Assembly (NCBI GenBank): GCA_964013535.1
Contig: CAXGWS010000003.1
Coordinates: 36,719-100,718 of the forward strand
DNA length: 64,000 bases
Origin: an uncultured Candidatus Poseidoniales archaeon
GTDB taxonomy: Archaea; Thermoplasmatota; Poseidoniia; Poseidoniales; Poseidoniaceae
Reading direction: 5' to 3'
The notes beneath the pieces are model-generated. The model saw only the letters and a program-made list of their open reading frames with translations, searched no databases and was not told where the DNA came from. Below are positions 59,346 to 64,000 of this stretch, piece by piece; within the stretch, counting starts at the first letter, position 1; the number at the start of each line of letters is the position of its first letter. A program made the translations under genes and the position numbers.

Positions 59346-61163
59346 TTGAGCGGTGGTTCTCCGATGTCAAACAATAACGACAACACATTGGCAATCCTAT
59401 TTGGTTCGCAAACAGGTAATGCAGAAGAATTAGCTGAAAACACAAAAAAACTCGCTGACAAGGCCGGATTGGACTCTCAAGTCTTTGATATGGATGGTTT
59501 TAGTGCAGCAAACCTTACCAATTACAAGAGGATTTTCATTATTACCTCAACATGGGGTGAAGGAGAAATGCCCGACAATGCAATCGACTTGTGGGAGTCC
59601 GTCTGCTCTCAAGGGCCACAACTTAACGGAGTGCACTTTTCTGTCTGTGCTATTGGCGATACTTCATACGATGAGTTTTGCCAAGCAGGTATTGATTGGG
59701 ACAATAAACTACAGGAACTCGGCGGTAACAGAACCACTGAAATACAACTGTGTGATGTTGATTTTGAACCTGAATGGCAACAATGGGTCGACAAAGCAGT
59801 TCCCGCAATGGCGGCCATAGTAATACCCGTTGATAGTACTGAGAGTGAGGCAGAAGATGAGCCTGAAGTAGTTCAAGAAGTAGTTGCCGTAGAACCAGAA
59901 GTTAAGGCCGGGAAATCCGAATGGAGCGCAAAGAATCCATACTTTACCAACATCGTTGAAAACTATGTGCTAAATGGTGAGGGATCAAAGAAAGAAACCA
60001 GGCACATTGTTTTCGAACTTGGTGACTCGGGATTAGATTACAAGGTTGGTGATGCGCTTGGAGTGGTTCCAGAAAATCCACCTCATATCGTCGAGGAACT
60101 TATCCAAATTCAAGGCTGGGATAGAGATTATAAGGTTACAACTCACAACGGTGAAAGGTCACTCTATGATGCTTTGAAACTCGATTACGAAGTGCATATG
60201 GCAAGCAAGAAATTTGTCCAGTCATTATCTGAAAAGATAGTTTCTAGTGGTCTGAAGATTACTGTTAAATTTGTCTCTAGAACCCGAGGTAAACAGCAAT
60301 GGGATGCGAGTGAACAAGAGCTCCTGCCTCCCGAACTTCTTCCCAATGCACCATCAGAAGAGCCAAGCGAGAAAATCGAACACCTCATCAATGATGCAAA
60401 GGCCATGGAAGATTACCTCTGGACTCGAGATTATGTTGATATCCTAAGGGAGTTCGATGCGAAGTACTCACCAGAAGAATTCTTGGAACTTGCTGGAAGA
60501 TTGAAGCCAAGATTGTACTCTATTGCCTCATCACATGATGCCCACCCTGGTCTGGTAGAATTGACCGTTGGTATCGTACGATTCAGTTATCATGGTAGAG
60601 AGCGTGGTGGACTATGTACACAATACATGGCAGATGAAATTGGAATTTCTGATAAGCAAGTCGGAGTTTTTATGTCACCAACCAAATCATTTGTTCTGCC
60701 AGAAGACAAAGATATCGACATCATAATGGTCGGACCCGGTACAGGTATAGCACCGTTTAGAGCCTTCATGGAACAGAGGATATTCGATGGTGGAAAGGGT
60801 AAGAATTGGCTATTCTTTGGTGACCAATCCTCGAAGACTGAATTCTACTACAAAGAATCGATTGAATCATGGCTTGATAGCGGTGATTTGTATCGCTTTA
60901 CGACTGCATGGTCGAGAGACCAAGCAGAGAAGATATATGTTCAGCACAGACTAAAAGAGCACGGTGCTGAAGTCTGGGAATGGTTCGAAAGAGGTGCTTA
61001 CTTCTATATTTGTGGCGATAAGACATACATGGCCAAAGATGTACACAGGGCACTAATAGAAATTGCCATCGAACATGGTGGAATGTCGGAAGCAGACGCC
61101 ACTCACTTTATTGAAAAGACGATGATGAAGGAGCAGAAGCGTTACCTCAGAGACGTCTATTGA
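59346..61163 (+). CDS. Diflavin reductase (flavodoxin plus FAD/NADPH-binding FNR domains; CysJ / cytochrome P450 reductase-like)
   Basis: Flavodoxin ILFGSQTGNAEELA, FAD-binding RLYSIASS, NADPH-binding MVGPGTGIAPFRAF, and C-terminal YVQHRL...W. Alternative start at 59364. Confidence 0.75.
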   Translation: MSGGSPMSNNNDNTLAILFGSQTGNAEELAENTKKLADKAGLDSQVFDMDGFSAANLTNYKRIFIITSTWGEGEMPDNAIDLWESVCSQGPQLNGVHFSVCAIGDTSYDEFCQAGIDWDNKLQELGGNRTTEIQLCDVDFEPEWQQWVDKAVPAMAAIVIPVDSTESEAEDEPEVVQEVVAVEPEVKAGKSEWSAKNPYFTNIVENYVLNGEGSKKETRHIVFELGDSGLDYKVGDALGVVPENPPHIVEELIQIQGWDRDYKVTTHNGERSLYDALKLDYEVHMASKKFVQSLSEKIVSSGLKITVKFVSRTRGKQQWDASEQELLPPELLPNAPSEEPSEKIEHLINDAKAMEDYLWTRDYVDILREFDAKYSPEEFLELAGRLKPRLYSIASSHDAHPGLVELTVGIVRFSYHGRERGGLCTQYMADEIGISDKQVGVFMSPTKSFVLPEDKDIDIIMVGPGTGIAPFRAFMEQRIFDGGKGKNWLFFGDQSSKTEFYYKESIESWLDSGDLYRFTTAWSRDQAEKIYVQHRLKEHGAEVWEWFERGAYFYICGDKTYMAKDVHRALIEIAIEHGGMSEADATHFIEKTMMKEQKRYLRDVY

Positions 61164-61634
61164 TTACAAACCGGCATCTGGTAATTCTACACATCTTATC
61201 GGGATGTGATGACTCTCAGCCATTTCTATCATGCGCTTGGTCCATACCGAATCAGGGCCAGGAAATGCCAGCATATGAGTTGCATGCTCCAACATTTCTT
61301 TTGCTAGCGTTGCAACTGCCTCTGGCCTACCACTATCCAATTCGGAATTTGGTCTTGGGCTCTGCCACGCTTCGGTATAAACTGCTAAAGGAATATTTTG
61401 ATTGTCAGCCCAACGCTCTGCTAAGTAATCTACTCCACTCGCCCCTCCAATAATTACCATGTCCGGGTAAGCATACAACTCAACCCAATTGTCGAGCTGG
61501 TTCTCGAGCCAAGAGTAGTCGTAAAATTTCGAATTTCCGCAAATTACTAAATTGATTATCTGTCCATCTTTATTGAGATCTTTTCCACCTAACTCGGCGA
61601 CGACTTCCGCACCTGATTTGTCCACCCGTATCAT
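61164..61634 (-). CDS. Hypothetical Rossmann-like protein (SLOG/DprA-LOG-like; tentative)
   Basis: 156 aa; VIIGGASGVDYLAERWA resembles the GGAxGxD nucleotide-binding segment of the SLOG superfamily. Confidence 0.3.
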   Translation of the reverse strand: MIRVDKSGAEVVAELGGKDLNKDGQIINLVICGNSKFYDYSWLENQLDNWVELYAYPDMVIIGGASGVDYLAERWADNQNIPLAVYTEAWQSPRPNSELDSGRPEAVATLAKEMLEHATHMLAFPGPDSVWTKRMIEMAESHHIPIRCVELPDAGL

Positions 61635-61815
61635 AATGTTCCATCACCATTCTATAATATTAATATATTCGATAATTCGTAATATTATGGCGAAAAAACG
61701 CCTAAATTTTGACCCTTTTTCGGATATTTTTGCCGGAATCCGGCATTCGCAAGTAAGGTTCTTTACCCGTTATTCAACCGTTTTACTCATAGATTACCGA
61801 TGATTACCATGATTT

Positions 61816-63156
61816 ATGGGATTCAAGCGAGTCTTAATTGCAAACCGTGGGGAGATTGCCCTCAGGATTCTCCGAACTCTAAGGGATATGGGCATCGAAG
61901 CGGCCATAATTCATGGCAAGGAAGATAGATTATCTCTTCCGGTAATGATGTCTGATATTGCCTATCCAAATTACTGTTCAAATCCACTCGACTCATATCT
62001 TGATATCGAGGCAGTTGTTCAAGCAGCCAAAGAATTAGACTGTGATGCAGTACATCCAGGATACGGTTTCTTGGCGGAAAACGCTCATTTCGTCAAGCGT
62101 TTGACAGAGGAAGGTATCACCTTTATTGGTCCTGCCAGCGAAGTAATCACCCTACTTGGCGACAAAATTGAAGCCAGAGCAGCAATGGAAGCGGCTGGAT
62201 TGCCGGTGGCAAAAGGCTCGTCAGAACCAATATCGGACGAAAAAGTGGCGAGTTCACTCGCTGATGAAATAGGCTATCCTGTCATAATCAAAGCAGCTGC
62301 AGGAGGTGGTGGTATCGGTATGCAAATCGTTGAGGAGGAATCACAGTTTGCGAGTGCATTGAAACTATGTATGTCGCGGGCGAAATCTGCTTTTGGAGAT
62401 GAACGAGTATTTGTTGAGAAGTATATTCAAGGCGCACAGCACGTAGAGTTTCAAGTTCTTGCAGATGGAAATAAAGCGATTCATTTTGGCGAGCGGTTTT
62501 GTTCTATCCAAAGAAGGCATCAAAAGCTTGTCGAAGAGGGGCCATGGTTATCAGATGAAAAGCGGGCAGAAATAGGTGAACTGGTTTGCAAAGGTGCAGA
62601 ATCTGTGGGCTACAAGGGCTTAGCAACCTTCGAGTTTCTTCGAGACGCAAATGGCGATTTTTACTTCTTAGAGGTAAACCCAAGAGTTCAGGTCGAACAC
62701 ACAGTAACCGAATTAATTACTGGATACAATCTTGTTGAACTTGGTATTAGGGTGGCTCAAGGTGAAGCATTGCCGCTCAATCAGTCAGACATTAAGTGGC
62801 GAGGTCATGCTATTCAATGCCGGTTAAACGCAGAGGATCCAAAGGAATTCGTACCGAGTCCCGGTAGATTATGGGATTGTCACTTTCCTTCCGGATTTGG
62901 TATAAGATGCGATACTCACGCACATCCGGGATACGAGATGCCGGGATGCTTTGATTCATTATTAGCAAAACTGCTGACTTGGGGTCATGACAGAGATGAT
63001 GCTATCAGAAGAATGCGGACTGCTTTAGATGAAACTCAAATTACTGGTGTTCAACATCTAATTCCTCTGCATCGAAGAATTATGGATGAGCAGGATTTCC
63101 TCAACCGCGAGGTCACCATACAATACATTGACAATCATCAAGAATTACTTGGCTGA
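61816..63156 (+). CDS. accC: Biotin carboxylase subunit of acetyl-/propionyl-CoA carboxylase
   Basis: KRVLIANRGEIA N-terminus, ATP-grasp Gly-rich loop, and EVNPRVQVEHTVTE; 446 aa. Confidence 0.85.
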   Translation: MGFKRVLIANRGEIALRILRTLRDMGIEAAIIHGKEDRLSLPVMMSDIAYPNYCSNPLDSYLDIEAVVQAAKELDCDAVHPGYGFLAENAHFVKRLTEEGITFIGPASEVITLLGDKIEARAAMEAAGLPVAKGSSEPISDEKVASSLADEIGYPVIIKAAAGGGGIGMQIVEEESQFASALKLCMSRAKSAFGDERVFVEKYIQGAQHVEFQVLADGNKAIHFGERFCSIQRRHQKLVEEGPWLSDEKRAEIGELVCKGAESVGYKGLATFEFLRDANGDFYFLEVNPRVQVEHTVTELITGYNLVELGIRVAQGEALPLNQSDIKWRGHAIQCRLNAEDPKEFVPSPGRLWDCHFPSGFGIRCDTHAHPGYEMPGCFDSLLAKLLTWGHDRDDAIRRMRTALDETQITGVQHLIPLHRRIMDEQDFLNREVTIQYIDNHQELLG

Positions 63157-63177
63157 GGTGGTATTTTGGATGTGTTA

Positions 63178-64000
63178 ATGGTCGGAAGTATTGCATACGA
63201 TAGTGTCACTTCACCTGCAGGTAATGTTGAAGACGCACTGGGTGGCTCTGCAGTTTACGCTGGTATTGCCAGTAGATTTCACGGTAATTACCTCAATCTC
63301 GACAGCATCGGTTTAGTAGGTGTAGTTGGAAGTGATTTCAAGTCGAGCGATATTGCTATGTTGGAATCTCAAGGTTTAGATTTGACTGGATTAGAAATCG
63401 CTGATGGCAAGACCTTTCGCTGGGAGGGATCCTATCATGGAGATATGGGCGTAGCACAAACCCATGACACGCAGTTGAATGTGTTCGGTGATTTTGACCC
63501 AAAGGTTCCTGCAAGCTCAACGACTCCAAAGGTTCTATTTTGCGCAAACCTCATCCCCATGCTTCAATTGAAGGTTCTCGAACAAGCGAAAGGAACTAGG
63601 CTTTCGATGCTTGATTCAATGAACTTGTGGATAGAGATTGCAAGAGATGATTTATTGTCGGTAATGAGAAGAGTAGACCTGATAATAATCAACGATGGAG
63701 AGGTTAGGATGCTCACTGGCGATGACAATCTTGTTCGCGCAGCAAAAGCCCTAGTCAAAATGGTCAATTGTCAAACTCTAATTGTAAAGAAAGGAGAAAA
63801 TGGAGTAATGGCGTTTCATGGCGATGAGATCATTGCATTACCTGCGTATCCAACCGAGAGCGTGGTAGACCCGACCGGTTGTGGAGACTCATTTGCTGGT
63901 ACAATTGCCGCTTATTTGGCATCTAATGATGGTGTTCTTACCAGAGACGAACTAAGACAAGCACTGGTCAGAGCCACGGTTACTGCAAGTTTCACTTTAG
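63178..64000 (+). CDS. PfkB-family carbohydrate/nucleoside kinase (ribokinase-like). Partial: the 3' end runs off the window
   Basis: Translation from ATG 63178 gives MVGSIAYDSV...DPTGCGDSFAGTIAAYL, the PfkB catalytic DTxGAGD-type box. No stop before position 64000. Absent from the ORF track because it is open-ended. Confidence 0.7.
   Translation, partial: MVGSIAYDSVTSPAGNVEDALGGSAVYAGIASRFHGNYLNLDSIGLVGVVGSDFKSSDIAMLESQGLDLTGLEIADGKTFRWEGSYHGDMGVAQTHDTQLNVFGDFDPKVPASSTTPKVLFCANLIPMLQLKVLEQAKGTRLSMLDSMNLWIEIARDDLLSVMRRVDLIIINDGEVRMLTGDDNLVRAAKALVKMVNCQTLIVKKGENGVMAFHGDEIIALPAYPTESVVDPTGCGDSFAGTIAAYLASNDGVLTRDELRQALVRATVTASFTL

Noticed and set aside
1-64000. CRISPR arrays, IS elements or transposases, integrases, toxin-antitoxin pairs
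   Set aside because: No short direct-repeat arrays, terminal inverted repeats with a transposase ORF, or integrase/recombinase-like ORFs were recognised anywhere in the window

Overview
Most likely a marine planktonic euryarchaeal chromosome segment (Marine Group II / Poseidoniales-like), densely coded with about 60 genes on both strands. GC content looks moderate by eye and was not computed; every call rests on motif recognition without a database search. Archaeal core markers recognised in the six-frame translations are Orc1/Cdc6, Alba, the Bud32 kinase, a FlaI-type secretion ATPase, an Lhr-type helicase and one tRNA-Gly(GCC). These are mixed with bacterial-like catabolic genes: three crotonase-fold enoyl-CoA hydratases, a 3-hydroxyacyl-CoA dehydrogenase, an aldehyde dehydrogenase, a PaaA-like diiron protein, a Rieske oxygenase, and the GlpX and DhnA gluconeogenesis enzymes. 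Housekeeping genes include thrS, serS, folC, nadA, moaC, moaE, crcB, a Mrp/NBP35 ATPase, a Ham1 ITPase, the accC biotin carboxylase and a partial PfkB kinase. Five features do not fit the ordinary pattern. (1) A signal-peptide-peptidase/presenilin-type GxGD intramembrane protease carries a roughly 370-aa soluble insertion between TM3 and TM4. (2) A type-IV-pilus/Tad-like locus has a FlaI-like ATPase, a split FlaJ/TadC platform with an extracellular insertion, and two translationally coupled pilin-like small genes, but no archaellin. (3) An AT-rich intergenic region at 51160-51399 holds an exact archaeal mini-ORB dyad (TTCCAGTGGAAA), inverted and tandem repeats and a DUE-like tract, between two divergent winged-helix genes; one of these encodes an 840-aa orphan protein, and the region lies about 5.7 kb from orc1. 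(4) A GC-rich, hairpin-dense non-coding block of about 350 bp looks like a structured ncRNA, possibly SRP RNA. (5) A single ORF fuses archaeal PPAT to the DUF359 GTP-dependent dephospho-CoA kinase. A secreted lipoprotein with an (EP)21 linker and a PI-PLC-like phosphodiesterase domain is also unusual.
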